Assembly (NCBI GenBank): GCA_964016885.1
Contig: OZ024741.1
Span: 288,424,001 to 288,488,000, forward strand
DNA length: 64,000 nt
Direction of reading: 5' to 3'
From: Eledone cirrhosa
Taxonomy: Eukaryota
The position numbers and the translations under genes were made by a program. Of the stretch, positions 27,645 through 39,990 are shown one piece after another; position 1 is the stretch's first letter, and every line of letters starts with the position of its first letter. The notes beneath the pieces were generated by a model. That model did no database searches, was not told the DNA's origin, and saw only the letters and a list, made by a program, of their open reading frames with translations.

Positions 27645-29641
27645 TTACCTTACTTCTCGTAGGGGAAGGACGGCTTTTCCATCCTTTTCACTGCTTGTGG
27701 CCTCCTCAGGAAGGATGTCCTTATAAATCCTCCTGGAGAGTGCTTGTCGGAAGTCTCCGATGTCTTTGGGGAATTTTTGTTTTAGTGTTATGTACGTTTT
27801 CTGTGTGATGCGAGTGATTTGTATGTGTGGAGGTGGTGTGAATTTTGGGGTTGTTGTGTAGTCTTTTTCTGTGATGCTGGTGTTGTGTTGGATGTAGTGT
27901 AATAATTGCTTGTTGTTCAAATTTAATGCTGTGTAGTGTGTATCGTTTTGGTTGTTTTGTTTTGTTTGCGTTTGTTGTGGGTTTGTTTCTGTTTCGCATT
28001 TTGGTGACTTTTGTGGTGTAGGTGATGGTGGTGCTGGGGATAATGATGGTGATGGTGTTGGTGTTTGGGTTGATGGGGTTGGTGATGCTGGTGTGGATGG
28101 TGGCATATCTGTCCTAACTTTTTTGTTTCTTAGTTTATTTGTTTCCCTCTGTATTTTGTTTTTGGAGGGGGAAGGAAGAGAATTTTTTCTTTTTTGGTTT
28201 CTTTTTTTTTTTCCGGATATCGTTTCCCACTCCTCGTCGTCACAATCTGTCTCCAGTTGTGATAGGCCGGGGAGTGGAAAATACTCCACAGCCGTTAGTT
28301 TTGGTTGTGGTGTGGTGGATGGTGTAGGCGCTGGTGCTAGTTCTGAAGCGTTGGGTGGTGGTGGTGTTGGTTTTGCTGGTGGTGGTAGTGGTGTTGGTTT
28401 TGCTACTGTTGCTGGGGTTGTTGCTGTTATAGTTGCTTCTGTTGTTGCTGCTACAGTTGTTGCTGCCATTTCTGCTACTGGTGGTGTTGATGGTTGTGTC
28501 ACTGGGGTGGGTAGGAGAGGTGGCCTCAACCTTTTAGCCTGAGGGCAGAAAGCCCTTAGGTGGGTTCCTTCACCACAAACGACACACCTAGGTCTTCTGC
28601 CCTCGACAATTACCGTGAGGTGGCTGCCGTCAGTGAGGTCTATTACCTCTGGGATCTCCTCAATGCTTTTTTGGTCCGCTTGGATCAGTAGCTCCATCCC
28701 AGATCCGGACCAGTTTTCCTGCTTTTCTTTTGCTACTGCTATTATTTTCGTGTTGGCTTCGATGCCGGCGAGGACAGCCGCTATTAGCCAGGGAATTTCG
28801 ATGGCCGGTGGAACGTGGGTCACCCTGATCTTTACGAGTCTCTGGCCACAATAGCTTGGGACGAGTGTGAGGTCGTCACTTTTTAATGGGGCCATGGAGT
28901 GTTCTCTAGCCTCCTTTGGTGTTTCAAAGAACACATCCACGGTTCCATACTTTTGCCCACGTCTGATGTGGGTTTTTCTTGCCCACACATGTCCCAAAGC
29001 TTTTTGGATTTGGGACTCGGATGCCCGTTCCACTCGGCGCGATTTTACATTTATTGTTCTATACGACACGGTGCACAGGCGCCGATGCTCCATTTTATTA
29101 GGTGGGGGTGGGGGGTGGGGATGAGGCTGACCCTGTACCCATCTTTCTTTACCATTTGTTTGGCATTTTCTAAATCTTCTTGAGTTACCGTGAACGCTTC
29201 GAATTGTTTTGCTACGATGGCGAAACTGAGGGTCGGTTTTATAATGTCATTGTTGTTGTTGTTGCTATCGTTAATATTAATTTTATTTTCAGTTGTGGTG
29301 GTGGTGACGTCAGTCGTCTTTGGTGGGGAAGAGTCCATTTTGCTTGATTTCATTTCGACGTCACGAGTTAATTTATTTTTTTCTTCTTTTGTTTCTGTTG
29401 TCGCGGTGGTGGTGGTGGTGGTGGTTGTCGCGGTGGTGGTGGTGGTGGAGGGTTTAACACCTGCAGTCATTGGTAATGGCGGGAAATGAATGTCTGCCTG
29501 AGACAAATTTAAAATATTGCTACTGCTTATATTTTTTTTTGTGTTGGCAAACGTAGTAACATTTACAATGGTGGTGTCGGTGTGAGGTGTTATTTTGTGA
29601 GGAAGGCTTTCAGCTGCTTCGTGCAGAGGGGAATTAGCCAT
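27645..29641 (-). CDS. Tx1-type ORF1 (gag-like, single CCHC knuckle, Pro/Thr-rich region); one frameshift in the G-runs at about 29100-29120
   Basis: ORFs 29051..29701 and 27645..29093 join when compared with 35199..37115 (RVSL...L(C/R)TV(S/I)YRT); CVVCGEGTHLRAFC. Confidence 0.8.
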
Positions 29642-29877
29642 TTTTTTCAAAGAAATTTTTGGATAATAATAAAAGTTAAAATTTTGGGCACAAGGCCCCA
29701 ATCTTTTTGGGTGTCCTTTTCGGAAAACAATGTATGTGTGCTTATAAACAGTTTACAATAAAATTTTCCATAAATGGCAATTTTTAAACAAACGGAAATA
29801 ACAAACCTTTGCGGAGCTCACGATAATACGATTTCCTACGTAGGTCGCCAATAATAATAATAATAATAATAATAATA

Positions 29878-31452
29878 AAGCAACGTTCACCAGAGGAAAG
29901 CTGCTGAAAGGTTCAGACATTAATCTTGATCGGGGGAATGTGATAAGAGAACTTGATCAAGAGGAAACTTACAAATATCTAGGTGTTTGTGAAGGAGACG
30001 GAATCAAGCACTCGACAATGAGGGAAAGGATAAGGAAGGAATGTTACCGCAGAGTAAGAGCAATCTTAAGAACGGAATTGAATGCAAGGAATAGGATCGA
30101 TGCCATAAACACGCTTGCCATACCAGTAGTAACCTACAGTTACAATGTCATCAACTGGTCAAGCACAGAGATCCGTAGGCTCGATACAAAAATTCGAAAA
30201 TTCTTAACCATGCACAGAATGCATCACCCTAAGGCAGATACATATAGAATATATCTCCCTAGGAAAGAAGGAGGACGTGGGTTAATCCAGTTAGACATTG
30301 CGTTGAAAACTGTAACAATTGGATTATCTACATATCTAAGGGAATCACATGATTGGATGATCAAACTCGTTTTGAAACAAGAAAGCATCAAAAGATCATA
30401 CTCCATTACAAAAGATGCACAAAGATACAGTAATGGACTACAAATTTCAGAAGTCCCATTTACTGCTGAAATGGAAAACACAGAAAAAGCAAAGCAGGTA
30501 AAAGTAACTGCAAAGAAAGAACTGCTACAGAAACTGGCTAAGAAATGGCAAGAAAAGCCTCTGTATGGAAAATACCCAGAAAGAGCTAACAATCCTGATG
30601 TTGACAAAACTTTAACCCATCAGTGGTTGGCATCCTCTGGACTGAAATCGGAGACTGGAGGACTGATTATATCAGCACTATATCAGTGTCTGCCAACAAA
30701 AAATTACCAAGCCAACATAATAAAAAAAATGGATGCAGCCCATTATGCCGTGTATGTAAAAACAACCACAGACCATTGATCATATAATTTCAATGTGAAG
30801 TCCTATAGCTCCAACGGAATACCTAAACAGGCATGACAGAGCTGCACAATACATACATTGGATAATGTGTAAGCATTTTGACCTGCCCCATCAAAAGAAT
30901 TGGTGGGAGCATCAACCACCTCCCATACTTGAAAAAGATCACATCTCAATCTTATGGAACTTTAGCATCCAAACAGACCGAAAAATAGATGCAAATAGAC
31001 CTGATATAATACTGAAGGACTTTAAAAAGAGGGTATGCCTGCTAATTGATATGTCCGTTCCAATAGACAAGAATGTATCTATAAAAACATTTGAAAAATT
31101 GAGCAAGTATTGACCTGGAGATAGAAATTGGAAAAATGTGGAAATTGAGAGCTAAAACAATACCAGTAGTTGTAGGCGCTCTGGGAATGATACCTAAGGG
31201 GTCTAATGATTACTTATCGCAAATCCCAGGAAACCCGCGTATAGGAGAAATACAAAAGATAGTACTAATGGGAACTGCCTATATACTAAGGAAGATTCTG
31301 TCAATATAAGTACATCACAAGTCTAAACACCTAAAGATGCATGTGTGTGTATGTATGTTCTTTCTTGTATATGGCGGACCTTGTTGTCTCTTGAGGTCAC
31401 TGGTTGTGACTTGGTGATAACTCGTATGAACATAAAGCAAGATAAATGCAAC
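29878..31452 (+). mobile_element. 5'-truncated Dong/R4 LINE (RT thumb, CCHC, REL endonuclease; frameshifted)
   Basis: YKYLGV, NTLAIPVVTYS, YLPRKEGGRGL, WLASSGLKSET, CRVC, RHD, RPDII; (TAA)n on both sides. Confidence 0.92.
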
Positions 31453-31747
31453 TATAATAATAATAATAATAATAATAATGATTTCTTTATTGGCCACAAG
31501 GGCTGACATCAAGAAAAACATCACAGACGGAACAGAACGGTACGATGTGGGTTTTGTGCGTGTAAATATTTTTATTATTTATATAAGAAAAGAAAAAAGA
31601 CATAAAACATATATATATATAAACAATAAAATGAAAATTGAAACAATGAAACCTCCGAGGGTTACTCGTGGCGAAAACCACACAAAAGACCACGGCCACC
31701 CTGACTACCAGGGCAAGCGCCCTCTCTCAATTTTTACATCTCTCAAA

Positions 31748-34700
31748 CTACAGACGCATATTCAGAGATGTCCCGTTCACTCGGACCATTCTCGCTACAT
31801 TCACCCACCTTTCAACAAACTTGCTAGAAAGCAGCACTTGCCTTTCCACCCTGATTTTACTCTTCAAGTGAAACTTGAAAAAGTTAATCAGGGATTCGCC
31901 GAAGAGGAAAGTGTTTGTCTTTAATCCTTTTAACTTTGTCCACCACACAATCTCTTTCGCCATGGCCACCAGGCAGATGAAAACCGCCTGCCCTTCCTCC
32001 TCAAAGGAAGACGGCAAGACCATCTGCACAATGGACTCAGTCGACAACCGGATCAGTCCCACACGTGACAGCAACTGTTCGATATAGCTCCACAAGTTAG
32101 CAATGCTCGGGCACTGAACGAGTGCGTGCACAACGGTTTCGTCGCTATGCGCGCATCTCGGACAGGCTCGGCTGACGGCACTTCCGTGCCTGTAGAGCTT
32201 ATCTCGAACCGGCAGCGCTCCCCGGTAGCACTGCCAGGCCAGGGATTTTTGGAAGTTATCCATAGGCCCCGGGCTGAAAGTTCTCCGGAAGAGAGCAAGC
32301 AGCTGATCTTCTTCGACGCCCAGGATCTCTCCGAGAACGTCGTCGCTCTTCCCCTCCACTAGTCCTCTATAGAACGCCGAGGTGGATATTCCACCGATAC
32401 TGGTACCCAACTGGGAGAGGGCAGTGAGCGCCTGGAGACATTCCAGTTTCCAAGCGCTATCCCTCGGTCTTTTTCTGACCCAGGACTGCAGCTCCGTCAA
32501 GGAGACGAGCTGTGGGAAAATGTGCCTGGCGAACGGCGACCACACCCGTTCACCACCAAGGAAGCACCAGAGATGTCGCAGCCTTAGCGCATGTTTGCGC
32601 ATCATCAGCCATGGCATGCCCAGTCCTCCACGCAACGGGTGTTGACAACAGATGGATCGTCTGACCATGGGAGCGCGTTCCTTCCACAAAAAGCGGAAGA
32701 GGAGGCGCTCCATTTTGGTGAGAGTTGGGCTGGAGCAAGGGACGACGGTGAGGCGGTAGCAGATGACGGATGCGATGTACGCATTCGCCATTTCCGCCCG
32801 GCCTTTCAGGGACAGCTTCCTCTCAGCCCATTTCTGGGTGAGGGAGGCCACCCTGCTCGTCACCTCGTTCCAGTTTTTCTCCATCTGGAGGTCCGGTCCG
32901 AACCAGACCCCGAGCAATTTAACCGGTCCGTCCGTCCAACGCCCCACGATGCCTCGAACGGCATGGACTTGCCTCTCCAGGTGCCTAGCTGCAAACCCAC
33001 CGACTTTTCCTGGTTTATCTTTGCTCCTGTCACCGTTTCGTATTCCTTGAGAGCGGTACCGAGCATCTGGACGTGTCTGGTGCACGACACCACCACGGTG
33101 ACGTCGTCAGCGTAAGCCGACTCGGATTTGCCGCATCCTAGTTCGCGTGGGACGCCCCACATCGCCCCCAGTTTGTGCAGTAACGGCTCGAGAGCCAATA
33201 CGTACAAGAGGGACGAGAGGGGACAACCCTGGCGGACTGAGCGCATGATTCTGAACGGCTGCGACAGGTGACCGTTCACCCTCACAACTGAGCAGATGTC
33301 GCTGTACATTGCTGCGATCCAACGCCTGAAAACGGGCCCGAAACCGGCTGCCTCGAGGACCGCCGCCAGGTACCGATGGTCGACCCTATCGAATGCTTTG
33401 GATTGATCCAAGTTGATCAGGGCCCCACCCTTGCCAGGTTCCTTAACCACCCTCTCTATGATGTATCGCATGAGGTGGAGGTTGTCGTGTATGGATCTGT
33501 CCGGGATGGCGCATGTCTGCACCTCTCCCACCAGACCATTGACGACAAGCGCCAACCTCGTTGCTAACACCTTGGCCAAAATCTTGAACTCTGCGTTTAG
33601 CAGAGTTATGGGCCTGAAATTGTCAATAACAACCCTTTTGTTCGGGTCTTTTCTCAGCAGCGCCACTGCTCCCCGGCTCACAAAACTGGGAATGCTCCCG
33701 TTCTGCTGCCAGTTGCAGTAGACGTCTGCCAAGAGGTCACCGAACAAGTCTGGCATAAATGCATAAAGCTCGTAGGGCAGACCATCTAAACCTGGCGATT
33801 TACCTCTTGTGCAGTTAGCCATCGCTTCCCGTATTTCACCGCTGTTATTGGCTTTTCGCAACACTGTGCTGCGGTCGTCGAGAGCCGAGGCAGTCCATCG
33901 AGGTATGCACTGAAGTCGATGTCCCGATCCGGGCCGCCGCCGCTCCCGAACAGTTCAGCAAAGTGCTGCTGAAAAACTTCACACATCCGCTCGGGTTCGA
34001 GCATCACGCACCCGTTTTGGTCAGACAAAGACCGAATTGTGGCTTTATTGCCACGTCGCGCCTCTGCCACCCGGGCCCATTGGACGGCTTTTGTACCCTC
34101 GTGTTTCAGAGCACGTGCTCTAGCTCTGACAACGCAGCCTTCGTGTTTTGCGTTGAAGAATTGGTCGAGTGCCAATCTCGCCGCAAGAACGTCGGTTGCA
34201 AATGCCTGTCCTAAACGCCTCTTCTAGCTTTCTGACTAGCTCTCCCTCTACTCTATTTTCCTCTCTCACTAGTCCTTTGCTAAACCTAATCGACTCTACT
34301 TTAATTGCCCTTTTCAGGTCAAACCACCACCTGTTGTTGACGACCGCTCCCGTTAATGCCCGCTTAACTAATACGCTAATCCGGTCTCTGTAGGCCTTGC
34401 GCGCCGGGAAAGACGCGTTCAGCTTCCAGTAACCAGGCCCTTATCTATGAAGTTTGTCTATGTCGATCTCACAGATCACAAATTTGTGGTCTGTGTAGTC
34501 GACTATTTTAAATTGTGGACAACTCATACTAGCCTTATCTAGTTCCCTGCAGAATACCCTATCTAGATACGATCTGGATGACCCGATGCGGTTTGTCCAT
34601 GTCCACATTGGCACATTCGGGTGATCCAGTCGATACCTGTCAGACAATTCAAAACGTCTGAGCAGGTTGGTGAGGCTCTTGCACCCTCCTCCCCTATTCA

Positions 34701-35166
34701 CTAGCCCCACACGATCCCAGCGTGCATCCAAGATACCGTTCCAGTCGCCCACTAACACTAAAGAGCGGGACGTTCCAAGAAAGGTCTCTAGACGTCTGAA
34801 GAAATCTGGCCGTCCTGCCCCTGTTGGGGCGTAGACGGCTACTAGCCTGAAAGCATTGCCTTCGCTGCCGGTCACGTCCAGCACCACCGACTTACCTTCT
34901 GGGTCCAGGAAGATGGCCCGTATCGCGAGATCCAAGCCTCTCCGAAAAAGGACGGCAACCCCTCCCCCCGATCCTGGACGGCTGGGAGATGCGTATACAT
35001 CGTAGCCGCCGAAGATCGGTGCGAAGGCCCGTGCATCGGAGATTCTGGTTTCACTGATGGCCACCTCATCTATGTTTAGTGACCTGATGTCATTGAGCAG
35101 GTGACCCTGCTTCCAAGATGACCTCAGGCCACGTGCATTTATACTTCCTATTCTGAGTACAGCCAT
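31748..35166 (-). pseudogene. Disrupted Tx1 ORF2 (APE + RT + CCHC)
   Basis: Pieces 34441..35202, 33786..34175, 32860..33864 and 31748..33085 are colinear with 24191..27610; stop at 34441 and frameshifts near 34200, 33850 and 32955. Confidence 0.92.
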
Positions 35167-35198
35167 GTTGGATGAGAAACGGGGCAAATGAGAAAGGG

Positions 35199-37115
35199 TC
35201 ACTTATCTTGTTCGTGTGGTGAAGGGACAGTAGAACCGTCCCTTTCGCTGGTCATGGGTGTTTCCAAGAGGATGTCAGTGTATATCCTCTTGGTAACCGT
35301 CCCTCTGAAGTCTCCAACTGCGTTGGGGAATTTTTGTTTTAAAGGTTTGTATTGTTCTAATGAGATTTCGATGATGCTTATGTTTGTCGGGAGAGTTCTT
35401 GGTGTTGGTGGGGTGTAGTAATTTTTTTCCGTGATGTCTGTGTGCTGCTTTATATATTTTATGAGTTCTTTTTTTGCTATGTTTATGGCTGTGTACTTTT
35501 TGGGGGAAGGGGTGATTTTGTTGCCATTTTCTTCTTGTTGCTGTTTGGTGTGTGTGTCATGTTGTGTTTGCGTTGTTGGTGTTTGTGGTGGTGTTGCTGC
35601 AAGTTTCCTTGCTGCCTTTACCCCTCTTTGTATGCCTTCGCTTTTGGAGGGTGAACCTAAGGGTTTTTTTGATTTTTGTTTTTTGTGGCAGACTGTTTGC
35701 CACGTCACTTCCGCCTCAAACTCCATGTCGGATTCTGTGGCGTCTGGGAGGGGTATGTGCTCCACGGCTGTTGGTGGTGGTAGTGGAGCCCTCTTCGGCA
35801 ATGTTGTTGCTGGTGTAGCTATTTCAAATGTAGCTATTGGTGTTGCCGCTACTGATGATGCTGCTTTAGTTATCCGTGGCCTTGGTACGGGTGCCCTCCT
35901 ACTCACCGTGGCCTTGGACGTTGCCCTCCTACTCACCGTGGAAGGGACTTCTTCGTTTGTTGCCTGTCCTGCTCTTGGTAGCAGCGGACCAGATATTGGA
36001 AGGAGAGGGGCCCTCTTCGGTGTCTTCTGCGGGCAAAAGGCCCTGAGGTGACCTTTCGACCCACAGAGATAACATTTTGGCCGTCTTCCTTCTACACTTA
36101 TAGGGAGTTGGAGTCCTTCCTCAAAGTCTATGATATCGGGGATAGCCTCGATACATTCCTGGTCAGTTTGTATAAGCATTTGCATGCCTATACCTAACCA
36201 GTTTTCTCTCCCTATTTGTTCTACTTGCAGCATGGTCGCCCTGTTCTCAATTCCAGCAAGGACAGACGCGACCAGCCAAGGTATGGGCACGTCGGGTGGG
36301 ACCTGGGTCACTTTGACCCTCACAATTTTCTTCCCGCAGTAGGAGGGCACCAAGACTAACTCCTCACTCTTTAGGGTTTCCAAAGAGTGAGACTTTGCTT
36401 CCTGGGGGGTGGCGAAAAGTACGTCTACTGTGGCGTACTTTCTGCCTCGGGTGATGTGGGTTTTGCGTGCCCAGACGCACCCCAAGGCCTTTTGGATTTG
36501 AGCCTCCGTGGATCTCCCCACTCGATGTGAGATTTTGCTTGCGGTGCGGTAAATCACCGTTCGTAGCTGCTGGTCCTTGAAAAAATCGAGTGGAGGTTTC
36601 AGGGAAACTCTATTTGCGCTTCTTGTCACCATGGCCCTTGAGACTGCCACCTCCTCCTCTGTGACTAACACTGTCTCGATATTTCGGGCGACACCTGCAA
36701 AAGAAGTGGTCCCTTTTTCAGCAGCACCACTATTGCTGCCTCTACTGGTCTTACTGGTGGTGCTGAGGTCGCTATTACAGGTATCGGTGTCATTGTTGTT
36801 CTTTTCGCTGGTACAGTTGTTGGTGTTGTTTTCGTTGATACTGTTGCTGCTGTTACTGTTATTGTGGCTGTTGTTATTATTGTTGTTTTTGTTGATACTG
36901 TTCCTACTATTATTGTTGTTGTGGCTGTTGTTATTGTCATTGTTATTGTCGTTCTCGACCTTACCGCTGTTATTTTTGTTATTGTCGTTCTCGACCTTAC
37001 CGCTGTTATTTTTGTTATTGTCGTTATTTTTGGTATTGTTGTTGGTGATGTTGTTGGTGTTATTGTTGGTGTTGTTTGTGTTAGAAATATTTGTTGATTT
37101 TAAATCTGTTAACAA
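35199..37115 (-). CDS. Tx1-type ORF1 (gag-like, CCHC knuckle, Asn-rich N-terminus); probable true ATG at 37245, separated by an A-run frameshift
   Basis: 638-aa open frame homologous to ORF1 of copy 1 (QIQKALG.VWARKTHI, LVPSYCG, VEGRRP.C..CG...HLRAFCPQ). Confidence 0.85.
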   Translation of the reverse strand: MLTDLKSTNISNTNNTNNNTNNITNNNTKNNDNNKNNSGKVENDNNKNNSGKVENDNNNDNNNSHNNNNSRNSINKNNNNNNSHNNSNSSNSINENNTNNCTSEKNNNDTDTCNSDLSTTSKTSRGSNSGAAEKGTTSFAGVARNIETVLVTEEEVAVSRAMVTRSANRVSLKPPLDFFKDQQLRTVIYRTASKISHRVGRSTEAQIQKALGCVWARKTHITRGRKYATVDVLFATPQEAKSHSLETLKSEELVLVPSYCGKKIVRVKVTQVPPDVPIPWLVASVLAGIENRATMLQVEQIGRENWLGIGMQMLIQTDQECIEAIPDIIDFEEGLQLPISVEGRRPKCYLCGSKGHLRAFCPQKTPKRAPLLPISGPLLPRAGQATNEEVPSTVSRRATSKATVSRRAPVPRPRITKAASSVAATPIATFEIATPATTLPKRAPLPPPTAVEHIPLPDATESDMEFEAEVTWQTVCHKKQKSKKPLGSPSKSEGIQRGVKAARKLAATPPQTPTTQTQHDTHTKQQQEENGNKITPSPKKYTAINIAKKELIKYIKQHTDITEKNYYTPPTPRTLPTNISIIEISLEQYKPLKQKFPNAVGDFRGTVTKRIYTDILLETPMTSERDGSTVPSPHEQDK

Positions 37116-37475
37116 TCTTTTTTTCCTTTGTAATATTTTCGTTTATATTTACCTCCGCTGGAACGCTGTCTTGTTGACATGCTGATAAAGTCTTCCCCTC
37201 TCTGTGTTGTCTGACAGCGCTCTCTCTCTTTTTTGTGTTATCCATGTTGAAATTTTTCAAAAAATATTTTTACACAAATACGAATACGACACCCCGTAAA
37301 GGGGTGCCGTATTATTTACTAGTGAACCCCTGTATTAGGTGGGCCACTTCTTCTAAACTTTTATCAAATTTAAAACTTGAATAAAAGGTTTAGAACGGTT
37401 GAAAAAGAGGTAAAACGTTGAAAAAGACTGGAGGCGATAAGAAGCGTGGCTTCACCAACCAATAATAATAATAAC

Positions 37476-37507
<32 letters not shown>

Positions 37508-37800
37508 GAAGAAGAAGAAGAAGCAGAATGAGGAGGAGGTTGAGGGTGTCTCATCCTTGGTAGCCATAATGATAGAAGTCTTATACCCCAGCCCCCTCAC
37601 ACAGAAATAAACATAGATAGATATCTATATATCTATGAACTATTTCAATTCAGTTCAGTTTGTCTATTGTGAGATTGTATGATACAAGAATAGAACAATC
37701 CGTTGATTTCGTTTCAAGACACAATCGCAGCAAATAAGATATAAACAGATTTATGCTAGAACTATGATATAGAAAAATATATGACATGAAGTACATAATA

Positions 37801-37966
37801 CCGTAATTCCCGGCGCCGAAGACGCTTCGCCCTCGAGGATGCACCCTAATTTTGACAACAAAAAAGTTGAAAAAAAATAATAAACCTTCGGCCTCCAGGA
37901 CGCATGGTAGATTTTTGAGACTTATTCTATGAAAAAAAATGGGGTCTTCGACGCCGGGAAATACGG
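37801..37966. mobile_element. MITE (Tc1/mariner superfamily, CCGTA-type TIR, TA target sites)
   Basis: TA-CCGTAATTCCCGGCGCCGAAGAC ... GTCTTCGACGCCGGGAAATACGG-TA. Confidence 0.8.
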
Positions 37967-37969
37967 TAG

Positions 37970-38345
37970 TTTCAAAGTTAGGTACAAAACCAGTAGTTTG
38001 TGGGGAGGAAAAATTCGATTAAATCGACGCCAAAACTTGACTGGTACTTTATTTTATTGACAATGGAAGGATGAAAGGCAAACCGTAGCAAATGACGTGA
38101 AGCACTTTGTCTGACGCTCTTACGATTTTGCTAATCCATCGCCGCTCTCGTGGCAATGATTTCTAATTTAGCCACAAGGCCAGCCATTTTGAGGGGAAGA
38201 GTAAGTAGATTATATCTACGCCAGTACTTGAATGGTGCTACTGTATTGTAACGATGACCTCAGTTAGATTCGAACTTAAAAGGTTGAGCCGTAACTAAAT
38301 ACCGGAAGGTATCTTGTCCGACACTCCTCCAATTCCACCAACCGA
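37970..38345 (-). mobile_element. Two degenerate main-family SINEs in tandem (37970-38143, 38158-38345)
   Basis: CTGGTACTTTATTTTAT...GGATGAAAGGCAAA core and CACAAGGCCAG tail. Confidence 0.7.
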
Positions 38346-38944
38346 CTATCAGTGAAACTCTGTGTGTGTGGGGGGGGGGGGTATGGAGAAGTGGAGAAGG
38401 GGTTGACGTTGTGCTAACGAGAATGAAAAATAAATATTTTGTCAGAGTCAAATTTTTTTTTAAACGCTAGCCAAAAGCAAGAATATTGTGTGTCATAAAC
38501 ATAACTACATTGCCTGCCAAAAAACATATGGTTCTGTATTATTGGACTGGAACCTTCAAACATAAATTCCTAGATTCCACAAACGGTAATATGAGAATTC
38601 TTGTAAAACTGAGAAACATCTTGTACTACACAAAATGTCTGACATCCAACCCACTGTAAATCCCTAGGAGAGAAAGTGACACGCAAGTATTGACTGAAAA
38701 AGTCAGTTATTAAAAAGTCTAGCGGCATCGCTAGAACGTCGGATAGAATGATCTGTGGTATTCATTCTGACCCTCTGCGCTCTGGGTTTAAATTCCGTTT
38801 ATTCGTGGCTGTTTACTTTATGACTTCAAATCTGGCCTGCGCGCCGCTGTATCGAGTCGTTGCATTACCAATGCAATTTGTTCACATAACATATCTGAAG
38901 CAGTGTCAGGGACTGGTTTACACGCTTCTGTTCCGGAGATTACA

Positions 38945-39853
38945 ACATTGAAGATCGACCTCATGCATAACGTCTATCCCACTTCAATGACAAGTAACAG
39001 CATGAGCTGGTGGAAGCCAACCCACGCCAGACATCACGTTTACTCTCGGAAGTGCTCGCGGCATCGAAAACAACCAACCTCAATCACTTGCATGTAATAG
39101 AGAAAGCGTCCAAGTTGGATCAGTGGGTGCCCATAATCTAATTGGCCATAATAGTTAATGTCGGGTGGCAGCTGCGACTTTTCTGCTCTCCTGCCATTGC
39201 ACAACCAACCGATTACGTCCCATTGTCACTGGTGATAAACAATGGTATCTCTACATGTCAATACAAGCGATCGTGGATTGATAAAAAGATTGCACCACAA
39301 TGGCAAGTAAAGGCTGGCCCTCACAAGGCTCTACTTTGCGTCTAATGAGACTGGAAAGCTGTCATCCACTACAAGCTGCTTCCACCTAACACCAGCATAA
39401 CTTCTGACCTCTTGCCAACAACTTGACAGATTAGCGGCGAAAATTGCGCAGGTGTGCCCACACCACAGTCCTAGTCGAATCCTTCATTATAACGCTCGTC
39501 CGCATATACCAAAGATGACCCCTGACAAGGTGCTGGAGCTAGGTTGAGAGGTTTTGCCTCACTCGCCGCACTTGTCCGACCTCGCGCCTACAGATTATCA
39601 CCTTTTTCTCTCAATGAGCAATGCAAAACAGTCAAAGACCTTCGCCAAAGAAGATCAGTTAAATCAGTGGCTGGCGGAATTCTTTGCATCGAAGCCAGAA
39701 TAATTCTACAGGGATGGAATCATGTACCTTCTTAAGTGATGGCAGACGGTAATGGCAAATGATGGCGATTATTTTGGGTTGTAAAATTTTCGAAATGTTA
39801 AAAAACGATAAAGTCAATAAAAAAAAAGAATGACGAGAACTTTCTGTCCAACG

Positions 39854-39856
<3 letters not shown>
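38945..39856 (+). mobile_element. Decayed mariner (5' end missing) with right TIR abutting (TA)n
   Basis: Across frames: WVP, TGDKQW, LHYNARPH, PHSPHLSDLAPTDYHLF, WQTVMANDGDYF; terminus GAACTTTCTGTCCAACGTAA-TA. Confidence 0.8.
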
Positions 39857-39922
<66 letters not shown>

Positions 39923-39929
39923 CACACAC

Positions 39930-39990
<61 letters not shown>

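Larger units (their letters stand above)
23966..29849 (-). mobile_element. Full-length Tx1/L1-clade non-LTR retrotransposon (copy 1), bounded by (TAA)n
   Basis: 5' UTR + ORF1 + ORF2 + 3' UTR ending AATAAAGAAAAC(ATT)n. Confidence 0.92.
31479..37460 (-). mobile_element. Full-length Tx1/L1-clade retrotransposon (copy 2, related subfamily), bounded by (TAA)n
   Basis: Same organisation as copy 1; 3' end CCCTTGTGGCCAATAAAGAAATC(ATT)n. Confidence 0.92.

Noticed and set aside
24140-37185. Many plus-strand ORFs overlapping the Tx1 elements
   Set aside because: Antisense shadows of the GC-rich ORF1/ORF2
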